A DNA stretch of 64,000 bases from Gammaproteobacteria bacterium. Lineage in GTDB: Bacteria > Pseudomonadota > Gammaproteobacteria > Eutrophobiales > Eutrophobiaceae. The first letter of the stretch is position 1, and each line of letters opens with the position of its first letter. The position numbers and the translations under genes are program-made. Below the pieces are notes generated by a model. It had not been told where the DNA came from and made no database searches. It saw nothing but the letters and a program-made list of their open reading frames with translations. This document shows, piece by piece, positions 50,883 to 59,765 of the stretch. The DNA lies in contig CBDEUK010000002.1 of the NCBI GenBank assembly GCA_965243205.1, positions 480,001 through 544,000 on the forward strand. Direction: 5' to 3'.

Positions 50883-51955
50883 AAAAGAAAGCCCCAGAAT
50901 TGGGGCTTTCTGGATCTTAAATTAGTAACTGTTTGTTACTTTGTAGGTTTTATTAAGGAAAGGCAGAACTTTTTCTTACTAAACCGCTTTAAACCGAGCG
51001 GCTCCAACCCCGATAACCCCAAGTGCTACAGCCAAACCGAGAATTCCCAACCATGGTAAAGGAACCTGTTCAGTATTGCTGCTACATTCTACTGAGACAA
51101 AACCCGGTAAGAAAATAGAAACCTGGGGTTGCCCCTCCTCGCCAGCTTGATTGATCTCTAGAGCATTCGGCTGCTCTTCATAACATTCAGCCGTAGTCTT
51201 CAAATGAAAATACCTTGAGGTAGGATTAAGTTCACTAACGTTGATATCCGTTTGAAACCGCACCACATCTGGGTCAAAAGGTGTGGCACCCCCAAGGGTT
51301 TTAGCCGTAGTCCGTGCTACGTTATATAATCTATTTCCTCCCTCACGTCGCTCCGAGCTCGCGGCTTGCACAGTGTAACCATCGTTTCCAGAACGTAGAA
51401 TATAATTGAATTCAGATTCGTTTACGACCGCACCAGCACCTTCAGGAAGGGTTGGTTCAAGGTCTACTCGCAAAGATAACACCAATGAATTATCCGTAGT
51501 ATCCGTAAAAACACTATCCGTAATAGTACCGACGGTGACTGGTCCAGTCGCTGGATCAGACAATCCAAGTACTTGCGACCGATCTAGGACAAGGTCGCGT
51601 ACTTTTTCTTCAACTAAGGTAAGACGCTCAGGGGCATCGAAAATATCGAGCGTAGTCGTACCCACCACCACATCATCAATGTCAGGTCCGTTACAATCGA
51701 GATTCGCGTTGGTGATGAACAGTCGATTTATACCGCTGATTGGAACTCCTGGATTACCGCTGGAAATGTTTTCGCAATCCAGGGCATAAAAGGGATCTGA
51801 TGTAATTTGTGCAACACCATCAACTCGCGTTCCGTCACTGGGAATGTCACAATAACCAGTTGCTAATTTGATATTGTTGTCAGTGCTAGTGCAATCTTTT
51901 GCTTGTATTCCAGATGTTATAAGCATGAGCGAAATAATAATGATGCCATGTTTCA
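50883..51955 (-). repeat. Copy 2 of the ~1.07-kb direct duplication
   Basis: Near-identical to 49381-50453. Confidence 0.97.
50886..50911 (-). terminator. Terminator of anchored-protein copy 2
   Basis: AGAAAGCCCC-AGAATT-GGGGCTTTCT; same stem as 49384 with a different loop. Confidence 0.8.
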
Positions 51956-51956
51956 T
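50979..51956 (-). CDS. Exported acidic protein with C-terminal VPLP-TM-basic anchor, copy 2
   Basis: Mature part differs from copy 1 at eight residues; same C-terminal anchor. Confidence 0.8.
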   Translation of the reverse strand: MKHGIIIISLMLITSGIQAKDCTSTDNNIKLATGYCDIPSDGTRVDGVAQITSDPFYALDCENISSGNPGVPISGINRLFITNANLDCNGPDIDDVVVGTTTLDIFDAPERLTLVEEKVRDLVLDRSQVLGLSDPATGPVTVGTITDSVFTDTTDNSLVLSLRVDLEPTLPEGAGAVVNESEFNYILRSGNDGYTVQAASSERREGGNRLYNVARTTAKTLGGATPFDPDVVRFQTDINVSELNPTSRYFHLKTTAECYEEQPNALEINQAGEEGQPQVSIFLPGFVSVECSSNTEQVPLPWLGILGLAVALGVIGVGAARFKAV

Positions 51957-52197
51957 AATTAACTTATTCCTATTCTGTGAGATGCTTTTTTATAAAGTAT
52001 GTAAATTAATTTATTGGCTGAAATTAAATCACAAATGGTTTTTTCAAGTAATCTTCTTGAGTAAGATTTTGAACATAAAGGACTGATTTAATTAGATATT
52101 TAGGATATGTTAACTATTGAAATAGGATTATTTCACTGCTTTATGGAAAACGTTTTAAATTGCATCCTCCTTATTATCTGTGATCTATTAGATCAAA

Positions 52198-52220
52198 AAA
52201 GGGGCCTGAACGGCCCCTTT
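52198..52220 (-). terminator. Rho-independent terminator (second of two downstream of the 52400 gene)
   Basis: AAAGGGGCC-TGAAC-GGCCCCTTT with an A tract on the left. Confidence 0.7.
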
Positions 52221-52344
52221 GAATTAACTTCTATTTAATTTTAGGTATGAGTTTACTAGGTTCCACTTTTTAGAGATAAAGACTAAACAAAAGAGAGGTG
52301 TCTTAGCTATTGATGTACTGTCGCTATGCGACCGTGTGCATAAA

Positions 52345-52379
52345 AAAACCTCGAATGCACAATGTGCAGTCGAGGTTTT
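52345..52379 (-). terminator. Rho-independent terminator of the 52400-53239 gene
   Basis: AAAACCTCGA-a-TGCAC-AAT-GTGCA-g-TCGAGGTTTT. Confidence 0.8.
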
Positions 52380-52399
52380 AAAGTAAAAAATTTAAGCAA

Positions 52400-53239
52400 T
52401 TAAGATTTTTTACGAATGCCTACCATTCCAATCAAAGCAGAACCTAATAACCATACTGCAGCTGGCACAGGAACTGGAGCAAAAGATTGTAGGTTATCAC
52501 CAAAAATATAGTTCTGGAATCGATCTTCACTAGGGTCAAATTCAGAGAAGAGCGTCAATGCACCAGTGATTTGGGTATAGTCGGTCGCATCAGTAGCAAC
52601 GAGATGCCATACAGAGTAAGGGTTATCTTCTTCGCCACTCATGTCATTAACGAAAGTCACAAGATTTGAGTCTTTGCTTACTTCGTCGAAAACACGATCG
52701 ATACCACTTTGGGCAAAATATGCTGCTTCTGTTGAAACCGATGAAGCGTATTGTCGTCTGACTTCATTGAATTCACCTTCGTATTCAAATAAGCCTGAAC
52801 CACCTGGGCCATCATCTAATTCCGGGAAGAGCGTAACTCGTGTAGCAAATACTAGAGTGTTATCAGAATTATTACGCCAGACCTGATCTGTAAGAATTCC
52901 AATCTCTTCAAGTTCACCATCTTCAGGAAATGTGATCTCATATTCATTTTCATCGATTATGGTGTAGCCTGCAGGAAGTAGAAATCCATTTGTACTGCGA
53001 GTGAAAAATTCTTCTTCTGGTGCCTCACCGAAGGTACCGAAACCCGGATCCACGGCTGCTGGTGCATCACCGCCTAGGACAAAACCTTGATCAGGTCCTA
53101 GACCGCTACCAATGATCTGGAAATCAGGACCACCAGTACTAAGAAAACTATCACCGTTGTTAAGATTTTGAAACGCCGCATTAGCGCTACTTGATGTAAT
53201 TAATGCTAGAACAGATATAATGAGAGACTTAGAATTCAT
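52400..53239 (-). CDS. Highly acidic exported protein with VPLPA-CTERM-type sorting signal; distant homologue of the duplicated pair
   Basis: Signal peptide ending ANA; C-terminus APVPVPAAVWLLGSALIGMVGIRKKS; GGAGG RBS. Confidence 0.85.
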   Translation of the reverse strand: MNSKSLIISVLALITSSSANAAFQNLNNGDSFLSTGGPDFQIIGSGLGPDQGFVLGGDAPAAVDPGFGTFGEAPEEEFFTRSTNGFLLPAGYTIIDENEYEITFPEDGELEEIGILTDQVWRNNSDNTLVFATRVTLFPELDDGPGGSGLFEYEGEFNEVRRQYASSVSTEAAYFAQSGIDRVFDEVSKDSNLVTFVNDMSGEEDNPYSVWHLVATDATDYTQITGALTLFSEFDPSEDRFQNYIFGDNLQSFAPVPVPAAVWLLGSALIGMVGIRKKS

Positions 53240-53280
53240 GTCTCTACCCTCCTAATTTAATTGTGTGAAGACTTGTATCT

Positions 53281-53381
53281 TGACGAGTCGCTTGTTATAA
53301 AAAATATATTTTTGAACGCCTTACGCCGTCAGAATGTTGACTATATCATTTCATAATTATAATTCGTTAGGGATATCTTCC
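53281..53381 (-). promoter_or_regulatory. Conserved upstream module shared with copy 1
   Basis: TGACGAGTCGCTT plus GTTAGGGATATCTTCC at 85-bp spacing (86 bp at copy 1); a -10-like TATAAC abuts the first block on the minus strand. Confidence 0.75.
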
Positions 53382-53503
53382 CGGTTTTTATTAAATATCC
53401 CCTTTTTATTTAGCAAATTAGAATTTTTTTAACTATTTAATAATATGTTTTTTTAGCCTTTTCTTGTTGTATTCTCGCTTTTTCTTTTCGATCTTAACTG
53501 AGA

Positions 53504-54931
53504 TTAAAGATTGTATTTCTTCATTCGATATCGCAAAGCCATACGTGTTATACCTAATTCTCTTGCGGCCTTTGAGACATTACCATTAGTTTTTTCTAAA
53601 GCTTGTTTAATCATATTTAATTCAGCTTCGCTTAGTGTTAAATCATCTTTGGTTTCTTCCATAACAACTGCTTGTTTAGGTTTATTCACTAAAGCTAATT
53701 GTTCAGAAGTAATTTCTTCACCACCACTTAATAGTACTGCACGTTCAATCAAATGCTTCATTTCTCGAATGTTACCTGGCCACTCATAATTTAAAATCGA
53801 GTCTTTTGCATCATCATTAAACTCTGGTGTTTCTAAAGCATAACGTTTAGCAGTTTGAGCAGCGAAATGATTGGCTAATATCATCGCATCATTACCGCGT
53901 TCTCGTAATGGTGGTAAGGTAATACTTAAAACATTCAATCGATAAAATAAATCTGAACGAAATTCACCACTCTCCGATAACGATTCAATATCTCGATTGG
54001 TTGCAGCGACAAACCAAGCTTGTACTGGAATTTCCTGTGTTGAACCTACTTTACGCATACTACGGCGTTCTAATACTGCTAATAATTTACCTTGTAGGTC
54101 CAAAGGCAATTCACCAATCTCATCGATGAATAACACGCCATCTTCAGCTGCTTCTATTAAACCCGTTCTAGCTACATGTGCATTGGTAAACGCACCTTTT
54201 TCATGGCCAAATAATTCCGCTTCAATCAAATCTTTTGGTAATGAGGCACAGTCCATATGTACAAATGGTTTTTGCATTCTTGCACTTTTAGAATGTAGAA
54301 CACGTGCTAACACATCTTTACCTGTACCTGTTTCTCCTAGTATTAATACTGTAGGAGGAACAGCATCAGCATTCATTGTAAGCTGGGCAATACGTTCAAC
54401 TTGTTTTTTAACATCTTTAATCGCTTTACAGTTACCAAGAAAATCAATCGTATTTGCTGAATGTTCAACAGCATGTTGTTCGCGCTTACTTGAGTAAGTT
54501 AATTTTTGTTCTGTCTCCTGTCGTCTCATAACTTTCTCGACATTCAACATAAGCTCATCAAGATCGACTGGTTTCTTAAGATAATCAGAAGCTCCTAATT
54601 TCATTGCTTGTACTGCGTCTTCAATTTCACCATAAGCAGACATTACAATCACAGCAGCATTAGAATCGTATTTATTTCTAACATCGGTTAAAAAATCCAG
54701 GCCTGAGCCATCAGGTAATCTCATATCAAGTAAAATTAAATCTGGAGAAAACGCTTTGAATTTTTCATGAGCTGTTTCTATATCGCCTGCAATTTCGCTA
54801 TTAAATCCAGAGCGTGTTATACGTTTATTAACTGCTTTTGCTAAAATGGTTTCATCTTCAACGATTAATACTTTATGTTCTATGACTGGTATTTCAGTTG
54901 CAGGCACATAGTTATCAAAAAAGTCTGTCAT
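53504..54931 (-). CDS. Sigma54-dependent response regulator (REC-AAA+-Fis)
   Basis: IVEDE, LLDMRLPDG, GETGTGKD, ELFGHEKGAFTNA, FRSDLFYRL and C-terminal HTH. Confidence 0.95.
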   Translation of the reverse strand: MTDFFDNYVPATEIPVIEHKVLIVEDETILAKAVNKRITRSGFNSEIAGDIETAHEKFKAFSPDLILLDMRLPDGSGLDFLTDVRNKYDSNAAVIVMSAYGEIEDAVQAMKLGASDYLKKPVDLDELMLNVEKVMRRQETEQKLTYSSKREQHAVEHSANTIDFLGNCKAIKDVKKQVERIAQLTMNADAVPPTVLILGETGTGKDVLARVLHSKSARMQKPFVHMDCASLPKDLIEAELFGHEKGAFTNAHVARTGLIEAAEDGVLFIDEIGELPLDLQGKLLAVLERRSMRKVGSTQEIPVQAWFVAATNRDIESLSESGEFRSDLFYRLNVLSITLPPLRERGNDAMILANHFAAQTAKRYALETPEFNDDAKDSILNYEWPGNIREMKHLIERAVLLSGGEEITSEQLALVNKPKQAVVMEETKDDLTLSEAELNMIKQALEKTNGNVSKAARELGITRMALRYRMKKYNL

Positions 54932-54945
54932 AATTATTGATCTAA

Positions 54946-56403
54946 TTAATTGGTTGTATTTGGAATGGTAATCGTTATATCAGTACCGATACCTTCATTG
55001 ATTTCAAAATTCAAATCCCAACCATGGGTTTGACAAATTTTAAAAGCAATCGGAATACCTAAGCCAGTACCAAAACGTTTCGTCGTAGGGCCTGGCTCTA
55101 AATTTCTTGGTTCAGGTTTAAATGGTAAACCTCCACCTTCATCTATGATGGATAAGATAAGATTTTGTTCTCGTTGTATGAAACCGATTTTTAACCTGGC
55201 ATTTTTAGGTGATGCATCAACGGCATTAGCAAGTAAACCATACAATGCTTGCTCCATTAAATCTGGGTCAACAAGTACTGTAGTTGAGTCATCCCAATCC
55301 AGTTGTTCAAGTTCGATTTGTTTTTCTTCTAATTTTGTTTTTAATACCGCTAGAGTTGAGTTTAATAAGTCGCTGACTTTATGTTGTCGCTTATTTGGTT
55401 TTAAAGGATGTAAATACGATACTAAGGAATTAACCCACCGCCCTAACCTATCTATTGTTTCAATTATCGCTTCACTACTTTCTTTTAATTCTTCTTTATC
55501 ATCAGCATCATCTAACACTTGTGCAGTTGCTCTAATCGCAGCCAAAGGATTTCGAATATTATGTGCGACAACTGGCACTAGTGCGCCTAGAGCCGCTTGT
55601 TTTTCACTTTGAACTAAAGCATCACGACTGGTTTCAAGATCGCTTGCCATTTGATTAATCGTTGCCGCTAATTCAGAAACTTCTTCAACGCCTTTTTCAG
55701 GAATGGAATGAGATAAATCACCAGCTTTGATTTTATGGGCACCATCCATAATATTGGTCATGGGTTTCATAAAACCACGTTTTAAAAAGTTTCGTGCAAA
55801 GACAACTAAAATTAAAGCAATGATTAATGGGATTGGAATGATTAACGGTGCATAAGTCGACCAGCGTTTGAGTGTATTATCTAAAACATCATGCTGTTGA
55901 TCTAATAATTTACGAAATTCTAAATATCGGTTTTCAAATTTATCGACCATGCTTTCAGCAAATCGCGGATCGAGAATTTTCATCCGAACCCGTAAATCTG
56001 AAATATACGGGTCGGTAAAGATTTTATTCATATCTTTTTGAATTTCACGATAGGACTCTTGCAAATCTTGAATCGCTTCATTTTCCTCACGAGAATCAGC
56101 AGTATTTCTTAGATTATTAAATTGCTTATCGATAAGACGTGAATATTCTGCATATACATCAAGTGACTTAGAGTCCTCTAAAACTCTGACTCGAATCGCA
56201 GCCTGGATTTGTCGAAACAAAGAACTTCGCACCTGCTCAGTCACAGATTTCAACTCATTAATACGTACCGATTCAGCCGAATTTTTTTGCCAGAAATAGG
56301 CAGACATACCACCAATGATCCCTGTTACAGCGACTAACAATAAGAACGCAATCTCATGGATTAAAAGTAGATTGCTCAGTGATTTAGGTCGTTTAGCAAG
56401 CAT
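54946..56403 (-). CDS. HAMP sensor histidine kinase (NtrB-like)
   Basis: Two TM helices with a periplasmic helical domain, HAMP, VAHNIRNPL, NAVDAS, DEGGG and GTGLG. Confidence 0.93.
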   Translation of the reverse strand: MLAKRPKSLSNLLLIHEIAFLLLVAVTGIIGGMSAYFWQKNSAESVRINELKSVTEQVRSSLFRQIQAAIRVRVLEDSKSLDVYAEYSRLIDKQFNNLRNTADSREENEAIQDLQESYREIQKDMNKIFTDPYISDLRVRMKILDPRFAESMVDKFENRYLEFRKLLDQQHDVLDNTLKRWSTYAPLIIPIPLIIALILVVFARNFLKRGFMKPMTNIMDGAHKIKAGDLSHSIPEKGVEEVSELAATINQMASDLETSRDALVQSEKQAALGALVPVVAHNIRNPLAAIRATAQVLDDADDKEELKESSEAIIETIDRLGRWVNSLVSYLHPLKPNKRQHKVSDLLNSTLAVLKTKLEEKQIELEQLDWDDSTTVLVDPDLMEQALYGLLANAVDASPKNARLKIGFIQREQNLILSIIDEGGGLPFKPEPRNLEPGPTTKRFGTGLGIPIAFKICQTHGWDLNFEINEGIGTDITITIPNTTN

Positions 56404-56430
56404 TATTCAGCCAGTATACTCTATTAGATA

Positions 56431-56468
56431 TGGTTCATATAGACCAATTTCATGGTTATTCATAACCA
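56431..56468. promoter_or_regulatory. Tandem TGGT-N8-ACCA enhancer-like boxes between the kinase gene and pqqA
   Basis: TGGTTCATATAGACCA (56431-56446) and TGGTTATTCATAACCA (56453-56468). Confidence 0.65.
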
Positions 56469-56589
56469 TTTATCTTCAATGAAACACTGTAAAACATTGA
56501 ATTATGAATAGTTATTATTTAAATAAAAACAACGTAAGCAACTGTTTTTAAAATACTTTTATGTAAAATATTTTTGTTGTCTATATCAC

Positions 56590-56605
56590 TGGCATACAAA
56601 CTGCT
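56590..56605 (+). promoter_or_regulatory. Sigma54 (-24/-12) promoter of pqqA
   Basis: TGGCATACAAACTGCT with canonical spacing, about 80 nt upstream of pqqA. Confidence 0.7.
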
Positions 56606-56687
56606 GATGTAGGTATGTACTGTCATTAAGTACATCTGGGAAACCAGATTGAACCTTATCTTTTAACATTAACGAGGAGAACTCATC

Positions 56688-56762
56688 ATGAAATGGGAAA
56701 CACCTGCTTACAGTGATATCCGTTTTGGTTTTGAAGTTACCATGTACATCAACAACAAATAA
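56688..56762 (+). CDS. pqqA: PQQ precursor peptide (24 aa; absent from the ORF track)
   Basis: MKWETPAYSDIRFGFEVTMYINNK with E-x-x-x-Y motif; GAGGAG RBS; terminator directly downstream. Confidence 0.97.
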   Translation: MKWETPAYSDIRFGFEVTMYINNK

Positions 56763-56790
56763 TTGTTGAGGTAGCTTACAGCTAAAACAC

Positions 56791-56813
56791 GGGGCTGTAA
56801 CAGCCCCTTTTTT
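56791..56813 (+). terminator. pqqA terminator
   Basis: GGGGCTG-TAA-CAGCCCC followed by a T tract. Confidence 0.88.
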
Positions 56814-56869
56814 GTCGAAGTTCTTTTCAAACGCTTAATTCATCAGACACAAACAAATCCTCCTCATAT

Positions 56870-56904
56870 AGGAGCCATTGAAACATATTCAATGGCTCCT
56901 TTTT
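56870..56904 (+). terminator. Second terminator-like hairpin after pqqA
   Basis: AGGAGCCATTGAA-ACATA-TTCAATGGCTCCT followed by TTTT. Confidence 0.65.
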
Positions 56905-56993
56905 ATTTCATAACATTTATCGAAACTCGGGAATTATTCCTTTGTGCAAACATTCATTATTCATTTAGTCTTAAAATAAAAATGAATATATTC

Positions 56994-57713
56994 ATGAAAC
57001 TATCTGCATTTAAATTTTTATTACCGATTACACCTTTATTCCTTATTCAGGCTTGCTCTGAACAACCTTCGAATCTATTTTTTCCTTCAGAAAAAGGCAT
57101 TACTTGGACTTATAATGTTGAACAACTAACGATGACCGAACCTGTTTTTTATCGAATGATGTTTACTAATCTTGGTAAAAAAAAGATTGACGATCAATCT
57201 TTCTATATACGTAAGTTACATAATAATAGTTTTCAATATTTTAATGATGACGACTCCGGTTTCTATGAATTAATAAAAAACCAAGAAACTAAAACAGAAC
57301 ATAAAAAGTATCTATTTAAATATCCATTAAAAATGACCACAACATGGAAAGCTGAAGGCGATCCTTTTTTAATGCGTCGCTCAATAGATGAAATTAATGC
57401 ACAACAAAACTCTATGCCGGGTTTAAGTCAGGATTCACCTTTAAAGATGGAATACAAGATCGCTAGTATGAGTGATTCTGTAAAAGTACCTGCGGGAAAA
57501 TTCAAAGGCTGTATGAAAGTCGTTGGTAAAGGAAACTGTTCTTTCTCCAGTACTGGCAGCTTTGCTCGTAAAATGATTGTTGAAGTCATTAATAACGAAT
57601 GGTATTGCCCTGAAGTTGGATTAGTAAAAATTGATCGTAGGGAATCCAGTGAGCGTGTCTCATTGAAACCTGTTCACTATGTTATCGAACTAGAAAAAAT
57701 ATCTCACCAATAA
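56994..57713 (+). CDS. Hypothetical lipoprotein
   Basis: MKLSAFKF...LIQAC lipobox; VKVPAGKFKGC and WYCPEVGLVK pattern typical of a secreted beta-rich family; the ORF-track start at 56892 lies inside a hairpin. Confidence 0.7.
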   Translation: MKLSAFKFLLPITPLFLIQACSEQPSNLFFPSEKGITWTYNVEQLTMTEPVFYRMMFTNLGKKKIDDQSFYIRKLHNNSFQYFNDDDSGFYELIKNQETKTEHKKYLFKYPLKMTTTWKAEGDPFLMRRSIDEINAQQNSMPGLSQDSPLKMEYKIASMSDSVKVPAGKFKGCMKVVGKGNCSFSSTGSFARKMIVEVINNEWYCPEVGLVKIDRRESSERVSLKPVHYVIELEKISHQ

Positions 57714-57714
57714 A

Positions 57715-57738
57715 AAACCCCGACCGAAGTCGGGGTTT
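57715..57738. terminator. Bidirectional terminator (xoxF / lipoprotein)
   Basis: AAACCCCGAC-CGAA-GTCGGGGTTT with an A tract on the left. Confidence 0.88.
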
Positions 57739-57779
57739 CTAGTCTTATAGGAACATAACTGCTCCTTAAACTAAGTTGC

Positions 57780-59765
57780 TTATGGCAATGAGAAAACCAT
57801 TAACACACCAGCATTACGTGATGAGTTCAATAGTTTACGATAACCACCAACCGCACCTAGAGCCGCTTCACCTGGAGCAGCTGCTAAGCCTGGGATAGCA
57901 ACAACAGCACCAGCCCAACCGCCGATACCTGAAAGGATACCTACGTATTGTTTGCCTTTGTGTGCCCATGTATGGAAGTTACCGATAATGCCTGATGGAG
58001 TTTTGAATTTCCAAAGAAGCTTACCAGATTTCGCATCAACCGCTTTAGCATACGAATCAAGTGTTCCATAGAACACAACATCGCCCGCTGTGGTTAATAT
58101 GCCAGACCATACAGACCATTGTTCGGTAATATTCCAAACAATTTTACCTTTGTCCGCATCCCAAGCAATGAAGTTACCCATATTATCCTTTTCAGGGTTA
58201 TTGTTAGGGCAATCTGGGCATACAGCACCAGCAGGATACATGGTTAAGTTAGCATTAACGTAAGCTTGACCAGATACATAACGGTTACCACCAGCCGCAT
58301 AAGATACAGGCTCATAGGTCATACAAACGTGGTTTGTAGGAACATAGAAAAGACCTGTACGTGGGCTATAAGCCGCAGGTTGTTGGTCTTTGGTACCTAG
58401 AGCAGCAGGACATACGTCTTTAGATACAACATCTTCACCATTATGATGCGGGCTGTATTGATTAAGAACCTGAGGATAACCAGTCTTCATATCAACATGA
58501 GTAGCCCAGTTAACCGCAGGGTCAAATTTCTCAGCAACCAAGAGTTCGCCGGTAATACGATCCATGGTGTATGCAAAACCATTACGGTCAAAGTGAACTA
58601 ATGCTTTACGCATTTTGCCTTTGACTTTCATGTCAACCAAGATCATTTCGTTAACACCGTCATAATCCCACTCATCATGTGGAGTCATTTGGTAAGCCCA
58701 ACGAGCAACACCTGTGTCGATGTCACGAGCGAACATGGTCATAGACCATTTGTTGTCACCTGGACGAACCGTTGGGTTCCAAGTAGATGGGTTACCTGAA
58801 CCGTAATAGACTAAGTTTTCATCAAAGTCAGCAGGCCACCAGCCCCATACAGAACCACCACCAGTTTTCCACTGAGGTCCGCGTGTTTTACACTCACGTG
58901 CCTGAAGATTGAAATTACGTAGTTCCTTGTCACCAGTCCAATCATTTTCAGCACACCAAGTTTTCAGTGAAGAATCTTTACCAACTTTTCTACCCATAGA
59001 GGTGGTATTTTCGTCGAAAAGAATATCTTCATCAGGACCCATTGAGAATGCGCGCCATGCTAAAGAACCATCTTTCGCATTGTAAGCTGCTAACCAGCAA
59101 CGAACACCAAACTCAGCACCAGAACAACCAGTCATAATTTTATCTTTGATTGGGTGTGGAGCATTGGTGTTGGTCATACCACTTGCAGGACCAACGCCTC
59201 GGCCCTCTTTAGGATTTGGACCAGTAGTAATTTCGTGACCGTTAAATACATCCCAAACCACTTCACCTGTTTTAGCATTCAAAGCAACTAATTTGGTGTC
59301 GTTTTGTTGTAAGTAGATTTGACCATATGAATAACCTAAACCACGGTTAACAATGTCGCAGCACATAACTGGTACAGTTTCTTCTTCGTTTTGTTGTGGC
59401 TCGAAAGACCAAACGATTTCGAAAGTGTCTAAGTTAATCGCGAAAACATCATTCGGGAATGATGAATGGATGTATAAGGTGTCATGAGGTAAACCAGTAG
59501 CACTGGTAGGTAATACCAATGGACCACCTTCGTGACCTTGTAGACGACCTGTTGAGAATGTCCAAGCTGCAACTATTTTATTGACGTTTTCTGTGTTGAT
59601 TTGTTTCAGCTTCGAATATCGCCAATTATTATAGTCACCACCAGGGAATGCCCAGTAGTTCGGATTGTCATTCAACGCACGAACTTCGTCGTTTGCTGAT
59701 GCTGACATAGGAACGGCTAAAGCGATAGAAGCCACTAAAGCCGACTTAAGTGTAAATTTATTCAT
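57780..59765 (-). CDS. xoxF: Lanthanide-dependent PQQ methanol dehydrogenase
   Basis: Vicinal [32 protein letters not shown] and [10 protein letters not shown] (extra Ln-ligand Asp where MxaF has Ala); GGAGGAGG RBS; no mxaI nearby. Confidence 0.93.
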   Translation of the reverse strand: MNKFTLKSALVASIALAVPMSASANDEVRALNDNPNYWAFPGGDYNNWRYSKLKQINTENVNKIVAAWTFSTGRLQGHEGGPLVLPTSATGLPHDTLYIHSSFPNDVFAINLDTFEIVWSFEPQQNEEETVPVMCCDIVNRGLGYSYGQIYLQQNDTKLVALNAKTGEVVWDVFNGHEITTGPNPKEGRGVGPASGMTNTNAPHPIKDKIMTGCSGAEFGVRCWLAAYNAKDGSLAWRAFSMGPDEDILFDENTTSMGRKVGKDSSLKTWCAENDWTGDKELRNFNLQARECKTRGPQWKTGGGSVWGWWPADFDENLVYYGSGNPSTWNPTVRPGDNKWSMTMFARDIDTGVARWAYQMTPHDEWDYDGVNEMILVDMKVKGKMRKALVHFDRNGFAYTMDRITGELLVAEKFDPAVNWATHVDMKTGYPQVLNQYSPHHNGEDVVSKDVCPAALGTKDQQPAAYSPRTGLFYVPTNHVCMTYEPVSYAAGGNRYVSGQAYVNANLTMYPAGAVCPDCPNNNPEKDNMGNFIAWDADKGKIVWNITEQWSVWSGILTTAGDVVFYGTLDSYAKAVDAKSGKLLWKFKTPSGIIGNFHTWAHKGKQYVGILSGIGGWAGAVVAIPGLAAAPGEAALGAVGGYRKLLNSSRNAGVLMVFSLP

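Noticed and set aside
49477-51956. Diversity-generating retroelement (template/variable repeat pair)
   Set aside because: Differences are not confined to adenines in either copy (GTG/CCC, ATG/AGG, TCT/GCT), both copies are complete genes, and no reverse transcriptase is present in the window.
56603-56650. Hammerhead-like core (CTGATG...GAAAC) in the pqqA leader
   Set aside because: The sequence reads CTGATGT rather than CTGANGA, the flanking stems do not form, and it overlaps the -12 promoter element.
57780-59765. Calcium-dependent MxaF
   Set aside because: The active-site motif is WDYDG rather than WDYAG, and there are no mxaI/J/G/ACKL genes nearby.
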